Below are positions 9,757-18,192 of a DNA stretch of 64,000 bases, piece after piece (within the stretch, counting starts at the first letter, position 1; each line of letters begins with the position of its first letter). The notes under the pieces were generated by a model. That model was not told the origin of the DNA and ran no database searches. It saw only the letters and a list, made by a program, of their open reading frames with translations. Origin of the DNA: Candidatus Nealsonbacteria bacterium. GTDB lineage: Bacteria; Patescibacteriota; Minisyncoccia; Minisyncoccales; RBG-13-42-11. The stretch spans positions 66,967 through 130,966 of the forward strand of contig JAPLXL010000005.1 in assembly GCA_026396115.1 (NCBI GenBank), in the 5' to 3' direction. Both the position numbers and the translations under genes were made by a program.

Positions 9757-9834
9757 ATGTTAAAAGAAAATCCAAAAAATAGAATAAAGGATTTACCGAA
9801 AATTGAACGACCGCGCGAAAAACTCATCGCATAG
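9757..9834 (+). pseudogene. radC: radC 5' fragment (25 codons)
   Basis: MLKENPKNRIKDLPKIERPREKLIA-stop, nearly identical to the N-terminus of RadC at 21782. Confidence 0.85.
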
Positions 9835-9871
9835 ATTGGCTGGAGAAAAAAAATAAGGTTATAATTTGAAT

Positions 9872-10519
9872 ATGAAATTATTTTTAACATCAGCGGGATT
9901 GCCGCCAGAAACAACCGAAGAGTTTCTAAAATTACTCAACAAAAAACCCGAAGAAACTAAAATCTGTTTTATTACCACCGCCTCCCATCCAGAAGAGAAT
10001 AAGTGGTATGTAGAAAAAGACAGGGAGAGGCTATCGGAGTTAGGTTTTAAAATAACCGAATTTGATTTAAAGAAAGAAAATGAGAACTCTCTAAGAGACA
10101 AATTAAAAAATTTCGATGTCATTTTTGTCGAAGGGGGTAATACTTTCTATCTTTTAAAATATGTTCGAGAGAGCGGTTTTGATGAAGCTTTAAAGTTATT
10201 TTTAGAAAGAGGGGGAATTTATCTTGGGGTAAGCGCAGGCACCATAGTTACTGGGTTGAATATCGAATCCGCTAATTGGAAATATGCAGATAAAAATATA
10301 GTAAATTTAGAAGATTTAACTGGTCTAAAATTAGTTCCGTATGTGTTTTCTGTCCATATCGATGAGTCTAATTTAGATGTTGTTAAAAATATCGCAAATA
10401 AAGTTGATTATCCTGTGATTGCTTTAACCGATAAGCAGGCGCTTTTAATAGATAATGGAATAAAAAAAATCGTTGGAGGAGGAAAAAAATATGTATTTAA
10501 TACGGATACTAAACTATGA
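9872..10519 (+). CDS. Peptidase E (S51)/type 1 glutamine amidotransferase-like protein
   Basis: KLFLTSAG, FITTAS, IFVEGGNTFYLL, GVSAG. Confidence 0.88.
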   Translation: MKLFLTSAGLPPETTEEFLKLLNKKPEETKICFITTASHPEENKWYVEKDRERLSELGFKITEFDLKKENENSLRDKLKNFDVIFVEGGNTFYLLKYVRESGFDEALKLFLERGGIYLGVSAGTIVTGLNIESANWKYADKNIVNLEDLTGLKLVPYVFSVHIDESNLDVVKNIANKVDYPVIALTDKQALLIDNGIKKIVGGGKKYVFNTDTKL

Positions 10520-11058
10520 AAAATAATGCAAAATTAATAATAAGCATATTAATCTGCGAGCTTGTTGGAGTTTTGGGCTCAATTTTCACAACGCCGGCGA
10601 TTAAAAGCTGGTATTTTTTTCTAGAAAAGCCCTTCTTTAGTCCGCCAAACTGGGTTTTTGCTCCGGTTTGGACAGTTTTATTTTTATTGATGGGTATCTC
10701 TTTATATCTGGTATGGGCAAAGAATTGGGTCAGCAAAGTTCCGGTCGGTAAGCCGGAATGGAAATCGTGGAATCCCATTTCGGCCAAATTGTGGACCGGT
10801 TCTTGGAAAGAAGAAAATGCAGTTGCGATTTTTGTCCTCCAGTTGGTTTTGAATATTTTGTGGTCGGTAATATTTTTCGGCTTGAAATTGCCAGGGCTGG
10901 CCTTTTTCGAAATTTTAATGCTCTGGTTCGCGATATTATATACAATTATAAATTTTTACCGGATATCCAAATCCGCGAGTTTCTTGCTTTTACCTTATAT
11001 TCTCTGGGTCACCTTCGCCGCAATTTTGAATTTCGCCGTATGGAGATTAAATTTGTAA
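10516..11058 (+). CDS. tspO: TspO/MBR tryptophan-rich sensory protein
   Basis: WYFFLEKPFFSPPNWVFAPVWTVL, QLVLNILWSVIFFG, LLPYILWVTFA. Confidence 0.92.
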   Translation: MKNNAKLIISILICELVGVLGSIFTTPAIKSWYFFLEKPFFSPPNWVFAPVWTVLFLLMGISLYLVWAKNWVSKVPVGKPEWKSWNPISAKLWTGSWKEENAVAIFVLQLVLNILWSVIFFGLKLPGLAFFEILMLWFAILYTIINFYRISKSASFLLLPYILWVTFAAILNFAVWRLNL

Positions 11059-11110
11059 ATTCTTTGCACGATTATTATTCCACACCAGACCTGCCCTCGT
11101 GTTGTAAAAA

Positions 11111-11176
11111 TTGAGATAAGATTTAACATATCTCAAATAAATCGATAAAGTTGAGATATAATATTCTATATTTCAA
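11111..11176. promoter_or_regulatory. Tandem palindromic operator-like sites
   Basis: TTGAGATA-N10-TATCTCAA (11111-11136) and TTGAGATA-N10-TATTTCAA (11151-11176). Confidence 0.55.
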
Positions 11177-11275
11177 TATATGCCTAAGAATAACTTAAAC
11201 GAAAGGTTTCGCTTTCTTGCTCTTGACAAGCTCTCTTGATTACAGTAATATGATAACATTGCCCTTTTAAAAATT

Positions 11276-11414
11276 GACCCCTGTGTTGATGAACGTATCG
11301 GATATTAACCTATCACAGCACTGTTTTAATTTGACTGCGAGTTTAAAACAACAAAGATCGCGGTATACCCATATTATACTGCTCCGATAGTCGGTTTGAC
11401 TCCGACCAGGGGTC
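11276..11414 (+). ncRNA. tRNA-like structured RNA, about 139 nt
   Basis: GACCCCTG/CAGGGGTC closing stem, T-arm-like GTCGG-TTTGACT-CCGAC, inner TATCGGA/TCCGATA stem; TTGACA promoter upstream and terminator downstream. Confidence 0.55.
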
Positions 11415-11579
11415 TCGTCTTATAGATAGCGAGCAAATACAAATATAATCAAAATATAAAGATACCAATTGCTCGCTTTTTTCTTTGCCAAATATTGACA
11501 ATTCTTAGCTATTTGTTATTCTTAATTAGACGCAAGTATGTACTTGCTGAGTTATTTAAAATTTAAGGGGGTGAATATA

Positions 11580-11771
11580 ATGAGAGACATTAAAAAATGT
11601 GTGTTGTTATGTCCTAATACGTTTGAAGTTTTGCAATATGAATTGAAACCTTTACCTTGTAGTTATCCTGAAGAAGAAAAGTGTGGGAGTTATGTAAAAA
11701 TAATCCGAAGAAAAGAAAGAAAAACAGCTATAACTTTTTGTAAATATCAGGAAAAAAATCGGGAGGTATAA
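11580..11771 (+). CDS. Small Cys-containing hypothetical protein
   Basis: AAGGGGGTG SD; own TTGACA promoter; terminator hairpin after the stop. Confidence 0.55.
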   Translation: MRDIKKCVLLCPNTFEVLQYELKPLPCSYPEEEKCGSYVKIIRRKERKTAITFCKYQEKNREV

Positions 11772-11856
11772 ATATTCCCCTCTTTTTTCTTAACAAGTTT
11801 TTTTGAAAATAGTAATATATAGCATTAATCGTCATTTATTGTTCTTTTTAAAAATT

Positions 11857-11999
11857 GGGCCCCCGTAGCTTAGTTGACTAGAGCACACGTCTTTCAAACG
11901 TCAGTAGGACTAGAAAACTATCCGTCGGTTTAAATCAAGGGGGACTACTCGTTTTCTAAATCCGAGAGACCACTGGTTCAAATCAGTGCGGGGGTTCAA
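11857..11999 (+). tRNA. Expanded or degenerate tRNA-like gene (anticodon arm TTC plus about 60 extra nt)
   Basis: GCCCCCG/CGGGGGT acceptor, TA, D arm GCTT..GAGC, CACGT-CTTTCAA-ACGT, long insert, T-arm-like CACTG-GTTCAAAT-CAGTG; ends TCAA rather than CCA. Confidence 0.55.
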
Positions 12000-12107
12000 T
12001 AACTTTTATATAAATAGCGGGCAATTGCTCGCTTTTTTCTTTGCCAAAATTGGAATAGAGTAGGGGTTTTAGAAAATCGCTAATAAGGTGGTTTTTTACA
12101 TGGATAA

Positions 12108-12135
12108 TGCAACCTTCCTTATTTTTTTGCGTTGT
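12108..12135 (+). promoter_or_regulatory. Putative ECF sigma promoter (autoregulatory)
   Basis: TGCAAC-N16-CGTTGT, repeated with identical spacing at 12720-12747. Confidence 0.65.
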
Positions 12136-12160
12136 GATAATAATAAATTGTGCAATTTTT

Positions 12161-12718
12161 ATGGATATTTCGGAAGAAAAAAGAAAAATAGGAGAGGCCA
12201 AAAAAAATCCCCAGGCTTTCGGTCAGCTTTATGATGAATTCTATAGGCCGATTTTAAAATACATTCTAAGGAGGACTTCCGATATTGAATTGGCCCAGGA
12301 TTTGACCTCGCAAACATTCTTCAAGGCGTTAAAGGGACTGAAAAAATTCCGCTGGCAGAACATTTCCTTTTCGGCGTGGCTTTATAGGATAGCGACAAAC
12401 GAAGTCAATGATTTTTACCGTAGGAAAAATAGGATTATTCAAATAAGTCTGGAAAAGCTTCCCGAAATTCCGTCTCAGGATTCTGCAGACAGCGATTTAA
12501 AGCTGGCAGAGGCAGAATTGGAAAGCAAAAAAGAATTCAAAATACTCAGTCAGAAAATCCGAAAACTGTCGCTTATTTACCAGACGGTCATAACCCTTCG
12601 TTTTTTTGAGAAGAAAAAAATATCCGAAATATCGCAAATAGTCGGAAAATCCGAAGGAACGATAAAATCCCAGCTCCATCGCGCCCTTGAAACGCTGAAA
12701 AAGGAAATGGAAGGGTAA
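12161..12718 (+). CDS. ECF sigma factor
   Basis: AFGQLYD, AQDLTSQTF, FSAWLYRIATN, SEGTIKSQLHRAL. Confidence 0.93.
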   Translation: MDISEEKRKIGEAKKNPQAFGQLYDEFYRPILKYILRRTSDIELAQDLTSQTFFKALKGLKKFRWQNISFSAWLYRIATNEVNDFYRRKNRIIQISLEKLPEIPSQDSADSDLKLAEAELESKKEFKILSQKIRKLSLIYQTVITLRFFEKKKISEISQIVGKSEGTIKSQLHRALETLKKEMEG

Positions 12719-12719
12719 A

Positions 12720-12747
12720 TGCAACCTTTTTTAAAATCAGCCGTTGT
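12720..12747 (+). promoter_or_regulatory. Second copy of the putative ECF promoter
   Basis: TGCAAC-N16-CGTTGT upstream of ORF 12769. Confidence 0.65.
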
Positions 12748-12768
12748 AGTTGTAATAGGTATAACAAA

Positions 12769-13548
12769 ATGAAAACAGAAGAATTGATTAAAAAATTAGA
12801 AAATACAGATCTTCCCGAAATTGAAATCCAAAGTCACAAGACTTCTTTAAAGATGGCTCTTTTGGACTCGGATTATTTCAAAAAAACGGGCTCTTTTGAA
12901 ATTTTCCGCAGATATTTAGCTTTAACCGTCCCGGCCCTAGCAGTATTGGTAATCCTGGGAGTCGTCGTAATCAGCCCGAAACTGACCGAGGCAAAAGCCT
13001 TGAAGATTGCGAGAAATAATCCGGAAATAAATAGATTAATCGAAGAGAAAAAAATGGTTTTGAGCGACGTCAAGGTAAAGGACGGTAAAGCGTATATTCT
13101 GCTCAATTCGTCAAAAACCGAAAGCACAACTGGAATCAATGTCCAAAAAAATAACAATGCCTCTGAAGATATGGAAGGCGCGATAGTCGAGGTGGATCTT
13201 GATAAAAAAGAGGTTTCGCAGATAAATTCCATCAACAGCGAAGAGGTTGCGCCCTTGAATGATAAAGAAAAAGAATCGGCAGGAGAAATAGCAAATAGCG
13301 AGGAAGTTGTCGGCCAGATAGTGCCCAAGGAAGCGACAATTGAAAAAATTCAGTCGTCTCTGCCGAAAAAAATCCGATTGATAGAAAGAAACAATGTTAT
13401 TGAAGTAACTTCAGAAACAAACGGCGAACAAAAAGCCGAAGTTCATTATATATTGGATGAAAAAAAATGGGTCGTGAAGGTCAACTTAAATGAAAGAAAA
13501 GTGGAAGAAATCGAATACTCTTCCGATAATAACAAAGGTCGAGATTAA
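12769..13548 (+). CDS. Single-TM putative anti-sigma factor
   Basis: Directly downstream of the ECF gene; short cytoplasmic N-terminus, TM segment, extracellular domain. Confidence 0.6.
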   Translation: MKTEELIKKLENTDLPEIEIQSHKTSLKMALLDSDYFKKTGSFEIFRRYLALTVPALAVLVILGVVVISPKLTEAKALKIARNNPEINRLIEEKKMVLSDVKVKDGKAYILLNSSKTESTTGINVQKNNNASEDMEGAIVEVDLDKKEVSQINSINSEEVAPLNDKEKESAGEIANSEEVVGQIVPKEATIEKIQSSLPKKIRLIERNNVIEVTSETNGEQKAEVHYILDEKKWVVKVNLNERKVEEIEYSSDNNKGRD

Positions 13549-13571
13549 ACAAATTTTAAAATAATGAATCA

Positions 13572-14267
13572 ATGAAAATAAACATGAAAAAATTTTTACT
13601 GGGCTTGGCAATTTTTACGACTTTGGTATCGGTCGTAGTGGTACAAGCCAAAAATAATAACAGCGATGATGAAGATATAAAACCCAATACAGCCAACGTC
13701 TTGAAATCCGACTTGAAGCAGAGGATTCAAATCAACGAAACATCAGCCGGGAACATGGTCTGGCTCACGGGGGCGAAAATAACCGAGATTTCCGGGACAA
13801 CGACTACCAACCTTATAAAAGTAAAGGTATTCGGCCAGGACTATAAGGTTCAGATTGCCACGAGCACCAACGTGGTCAGACAATACTGGGGGAAATCGGC
13901 AATTGATTTATCGGAGTTTTCGGTGGGGGATATTATAAACGTCTACGGGACTCTCGATACGGCCGATTATTTCCTGGTTCACGCGAAAACCGTCCGCAAC
14001 GTTTCGATTCAAAAGCTTCACGCGGTTTTCACTGGAAAAATTCTGAGTATTGCTTCGTCTACGGGTTCCTTTACTATGGAAGCGAAAAGAAACGGAACAA
14101 GCTCGCTTTTGGTTAACACCGATTCGAATACAAAAATCTATCAGGGAAAAAACCTGAAAAGTTTTTCCGATTTGCAGGTCGGTATGAAAGTGATGGTTCG
14201 CGGAATCTGGGATAAAACAATATCAAAGATTCAGGCGCTACTTGTAAGAATGCAGCCAGCCCACTAA
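13572..14267 (+). CDS. Secreted protein with two OB-fold-like (DUF5666-type) repeats
   Basis: Signal peptide; repeats LSEFSVGDIINVYG and FSDLQVGMKVMVRG. Confidence 0.7.
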   Translation: MKINMKKFLLGLAIFTTLVSVVVVQAKNNNSDDEDIKPNTANVLKSDLKQRIQINETSAGNMVWLTGAKITEISGTTTTNLIKVKVFGQDYKVQIATSTNVVRQYWGKSAIDLSEFSVGDIINVYGTLDTADYFLVHAKTVRNVSIQKLHAVFTGKILSIASSTGSFTMEAKRNGTSSLLVNTDSNTKIYQGKNLKSFSDLQVGMKVMVRGIWDKTISKIQALLVRMQPAH

Positions 14268-14435
14268 AGTGGAGAATTCCGAGGACTAAACGAAAATTGA
14301 TAGGGAAAATCCGTCCCTCTTTACGGGGCGGATTTTTTGTATAGTGCTGGAAAATAAAAGATTTTTAAATTTTTATTTGAATTTAGGCAAAGATGGAGGC
14401 GTCTCACAATCTATGAATAAGAAGCCAATGTCGCA

Positions 14436-14471
14436 TAATCCGTATTGGTTCGAATCCTACCCACCGAGCCA
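14436..14471 (+). pseudogene. tRNA 3'-end remnant (Asn-like)
   Basis: TAATCCGTAT-TGGTTCGAATCC...GAGCCA resembles a tRNA anticodon-stem/T-loop/acceptor end; no cloverleaf. Confidence 0.45.
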
Positions 14472-14521
14472 AACAAAAACCACCTTTTTATTGAGGCGGT
14501 TTTTTGGTAGAATAAAGAAAG

Positions 14522-15604
14522 ATGTTAATTACGCAAGGTAAAACTAATTGGAAATTTATACTAATTGTAGTTATTCTAGCCGCTATTGTTGGCGGGGGAG
14601 CTTTATGGTTTTCAGCAAAAAAAGAGTTACCTTATCAGCCGCCTGAAATCAAGAAAGTAGACGAAATCGCAAATTGGAAAACTTATAGAAATGAAGAGTA
14701 TGGATTTGAAATAAAATATCCGGAAAGTTGGGAAGTATTAAATAATAATCCTTATGGTGAGATACTGGATTTTTCTTTTCGCGATAAAAAGTATGAGGGA
14801 TCATTTGAATGGCCAGGATTGCGTATTACAGACAAGGACTTAGTAGGCGAGTTTAGTGATACTAAAATTCCCTTAAGGGTTTTTAAGAAAGAAGAGACAG
14901 AAAATGAAGTGATAAAAATCTACTTTGATGAAAGGGAAAGAAGATTATATGCAACTTGTGCTCTTTATCTTGAACCAGCCATAATTGAAACCTGCAATCA
15001 GATGCTTTCTACTTTTAGGTTTTTAGAAGAAGACACAGAGGATGAAACTGCTGACTGGAAGACATACAGGAATGAAGAATATGGGTTTGAAGTGAGATAC
15101 CCAATAGATTGGGAAATGCAAGAGAGAGGGGATGGTGTTAACTATGCTGAGCTTTTTTATCTTGAAAAAGAAGTAGGAGATTCGCAGTTTCAATTCATAG
15201 ACTTAGGAGTAGACGGTGACTGGTATCAGGTAACACGGATGCATTCAGAAATCATAATAGATCCTACAGATGCAAATGATCCAGATTCATGTCTTTCTAA
15301 TTTTGTAAATGTCCAAAGGGGAGAAATTGATTTTGCCGGACGAAAAGCCATTTCTTGGAAGCTTTTAACCGAAGAGGGTAATGTTTGGAGATCACATATT
15401 AAAATTTTAAATCCTCCCAGAGATTGGAAGGAAAATAATTGGATTCTAATCAACTATCTTATTTATGACACAGGGGAAAATTGTAAGATTCCAGTCAGCT
15501 ATTGTTCAAGGTTTGAGGGAAGAGTAAAGGTTTTCTGTAACACAGATAAAAAAGATAGCGAAATCGTTAACCAAATGCTTTCTACTTTTAGGTTTTTAGA
15601 CTAA
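14522..15604 (+). CDS. Membrane-anchored protein with two PsbP-like repeats
   Basis: WKTYRNEEYGFE(I/V)(K/R)YP...NQMLSTFRFL occurs twice. Confidence 0.8.
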   Translation: MLITQGKTNWKFILIVVILAAIVGGGALWFSAKKELPYQPPEIKKVDEIANWKTYRNEEYGFEIKYPESWEVLNNNPYGEILDFSFRDKKYEGSFEWPGLRITDKDLVGEFSDTKIPLRVFKKEETENEVIKIYFDERERRLYATCALYLEPAIIETCNQMLSTFRFLEEDTEDETADWKTYRNEEYGFEVRYPIDWEMQERGDGVNYAELFYLEKEVGDSQFQFIDLGVDGDWYQVTRMHSEIIIDPTDANDPDSCLSNFVNVQRGEIDFAGRKAISWKLLTEEGNVWRSHIKILNPPRDWKENNWILINYLIYDTGENCKIPVSYCSRFEGRVKVFCNTDKKDSEIVNQMLSTFRFLD

Positions 15605-15770
15605 AAATAGGCTCTAAATCTACTAATCTTTCCCTAATTCTTCTCCAATCTAAGGTTCTGAATGCGTCCAATAGGGGAAGCTACTCTTGACTTTTAATTT
15701 AAAGGGTGTTATTATATAAACAAGCCTGAAATAGGGTTGTTATTTAAAAATGAAATGAGGTGTTTTAAAA

Positions 15771-16127
15771 ATGTCTGAATTAAAGAAGAAAGCTTGGCAA
15801 GAACTCTTGAAGAAAGAACCAACCGATAAAGAATTGATTTATATTATCAAGTATGTGGAATCCCTAAGAGAGGAAGCTGGGCAAAAACTCTTAGAGAGAG
15901 ATCCAAGCAATGAAGGATTGATTTGTATCATGGGGCATGTATGGTCTCTAGCGGAAGAAGCTTGGAAAAAATTCTTAGAGCAAAATCCAACTAATGATGA
16001 TCTGCGTGATATTATTTTGCGTGTATCATCTTTATCATCTTTAAGAGATAGAGCTGGGAAAAAACTCTTGGAACAAAATCCAAGTAATGATGATCTATGT
16101 TTTATTATGCAACATTGTGACTTTTAA
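15771..16127 (+). CDS. Tandem helical-repeat protein
   Basis: About 27-aa repeats AxxKLLExxP(S/T)NxxLxxII. Confidence 0.7.
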   Translation: MSELKKKAWQELLKKEPTDKELIYIIKYVESLREEAGQKLLERDPSNEGLICIMGHVWSLAEEAWKKFLEQNPTNDDLRDIILRVSSLSSLRDRAGKKLLEQNPSNDDLCFIMQHCDF

Positions 16128-16195
16128 AGAAGGTGAATGAAAGAGATGAATATTAAAAGGTAATAAAATGAATGAATTTTGGAAAGGAGTTAATA

Positions 16196-16546
16196 ATGAT
16201 AGTAATTAAAGTTTGGTGTCTTCCATCTGATCAGAGCGAAGATGATTTGAATCGTCTTCATCAGGCGATTGTGAAAGCTGCAGTATCTTTTCCCGAACTT
16301 TGTCTTCAAGACGAAAACGATATGACTTGTCTTTTTCCAGCCGATCTTATGAAGTATGGATTGGGAGAAGAAATTATCGTTGAAATTGATGGCTTGCCTG
16401 ATATGCTTTGGAAAAACCGAACAGTTCGTGAGCAACTTGCTCGGTGTGTTGGGGAAAGTGTTTCAGCTCTTTATCCCAGGGCAAAAGTTGAATGCTCTGT
16501 TAGAGAATTCAACCCTTCACAAGGAGTTTGGACTCAGAATAAGTAG
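16196..16546 (+). CDS. Hypothetical protein (possibly tautomerase-like)
   Basis: AAGGAG SD; 116-aa ORF followed by a terminator. Confidence 0.55.
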   Translation: MIVIKVWCLPSDQSEDDLNRLHQAIVKAAVSFPELCLQDENDMTCLFPADLMKYGLGEEIIVEIDGLPDMLWKNRTVREQLARCVGESVSALYPRAKVECSVREFNPSQGVWTQNK

Positions 16547-16787
16547 TGAAGAATAAATTCCTCGTAGAGAAGTATTTCTACGAGGAATTTTTATTTAATT
16601 TTATATTATAACTACTTTTTTTTGACTAATAAACATTAAATTACTTATTTCTTCCTTTATTCTCTTCCAATCAATGGTTCTAAATGAGTCCTGTAGGGGG
16701 AGTTTGCTTCAAAGAATTGCCAATCAGGCGGTTTTTTGGTAGAATGATAATGTACGGATTAAAATAAAAGGTAATTATTTTATCAAC

Positions 16788-17672
16788 ATGAAAGGTTACG
16801 TAACAAATATTGAAAAAAAGACATTGGAAAACGATAATTTCCGCGAGGTTCTCTATACTTCAAAACATAGTCAATTAGTGCTCATGACCCTTAGGCCAAA
16901 AGAAGAAATCGGAATGGAGGTTCATCCAGATAATGACCAATTTTTCCGTTTTGAAAAAGGTCAGGGTAAGTGCATAATTGATGGTAACGAGTATGAGTTA
17001 AGAGATGGAGTGGCAGTAGTTGTTCCAGCAGGCGCTCAGCATAATATAATCAATACCTCTAACACAGATGAGCTAAAGTTATATACTATTTATTCACCAG
17101 CTCATCATAAAGATGGTATTGTCCGACCAACCAAGAAAGAAGCCGAAACAAATGAAGCAGAATTTGATGGTGCTACTAGTGAATATGCTATTACTAGAGA
17201 ATATACTAGTGAATTTAAGTATTGTCCAAGTTGCGGCAGTAAGATCGTCACCGACAATTCTTTTTTCTGCTCGCATTGCGGGCGTAAACTCCCAAAAATG
17301 GAGAATACGGGCGACTTTAATATAGAACAAGCAAGTTTTGATACTAATGAATCATTCCAACCAAAGGGTGGTGGTCAAGTCCAATCTATTCGTGGAAGGC
17401 CGGTTAAAGGGCAAAATTCTCTAGTAGGAGCAATACGAGCCCTACTGTTTATAGCATTTATTATAGGTATAATATTTTTTGTAAGACAATTTTTGGGCGG
17501 AGGCAAAGTCAGAAATTGTATAGCTTCCGTTTTAGGAAATCCTCCAGAATGCAGCGATTGTGATAATGTGTCTAGAAATACCACTATGAATGGTAGATCT
17601 ATAGGCAAGTGTATTCCTACCCATGTAGAAGGGGATATGTGTAATCTTGATTGCGGAGGGACGAAATATTAG
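16788..17672 (+). CDS. Cupin fused to a zinc ribbon, TM segment and Cys-rich domain
   Basis: NFREVLYT..QLVLM..EIGMEVHPDNDQFFRFEKG..LYTIYSPAHH; then CPSCG..FCSHCG, a TM segment and a Cys-rich tail. Confidence 0.85.
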   Translation: MKGYVTNIEKKTLENDNFREVLYTSKHSQLVLMTLRPKEEIGMEVHPDNDQFFRFEKGQGKCIIDGNEYELRDGVAVVVPAGAQHNIINTSNTDELKLYTIYSPAHHKDGIVRPTKKEAETNEAEFDGATSEYAITREYTSEFKYCPSCGSKIVTDNSFFCSHCGRKLPKMENTGDFNIEQASFDTNESFQPKGGGQVQSIRGRPVKGQNSLVGAIRALLFIAFIIGIIFFVRQFLGGGKVRNCIASVLGNPPECSDCDNVSRNTTMNGRSIGKCIPTHVEGDMCNLDCGGTKY

Positions 17673-17793
17673 GTTTGTATTGCTTGAATTGGAAAATTCT
17701 CAATAAACTAAGTTCTAATATTGTACCATCCTCGGAGCCAAACAAAAACCGCCTTTTTATTGAGGCGGTTTTTTGGTAGAATGAGGTAATAAT

Positions 17794-18192
17794 ATGGAAA
17801 AAAAGATTAACAGATTTGTATATTGGACACCAAGAATTTTGTCAATCATCTTTATACTATTTTTAGCTATGTTCTCTTTAGATGTTTTTGATATGAAATT
17901 AGGTTTCTGGGAAACAGCATTGGGGTTATTTATGCATAATATCCCGGTATTTGTTTTGTCGATTGTTCTGTTAATATCTTGGAAACGCGAGATTGTCGGA
18001 GGAATTGCTTTTAATTTAGCCGGAGTATTATATGTTGTAATAATATTGATGAATATGTTGAGGAATTCATTCGAATGGTATATGGTATCTTGGATCCCAA
18101 TAGTTTCTGGACCAGCATTTCTTATAGGTGTTTTATTTATTATCAATTGGCGCAAAAAACAAAATAATCAAAAGGATGCGTCTACAAAATAG
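17794..18192 (+). CDS. Multi-TM membrane protein
   Basis: YWTPRILSI..FSLDVF..MHNIP; four hydrophobic segments. Confidence 0.75.
   Translation: MEKKINRFVYWTPRILSIIFILFLAMFSLDVFDMKLGFWETALGLFMHNIPVFVLSIVLLISWKREIVGGIAFNLAGVLYVVIILMNMLRNSFEWYMVSWIPIVSGPAFLIGVLFIINWRKKQNNQKDASTK

Noticed and set aside
11276..11414. tmRNA
   Set aside because: Too short, no GGGG start or G3-U70 pair, no tag reading frame recognised.
14344..14541. 65-aa ORF
   Set aside because: It spans the tRNA remnant and the family A junction, has no motif, and overlaps the next gene.
14522..15604. Diversity-generating retroelement target
   Set aside because: No reverse transcriptase and no template/variable repeat pair with adenine-specific differences in the window.
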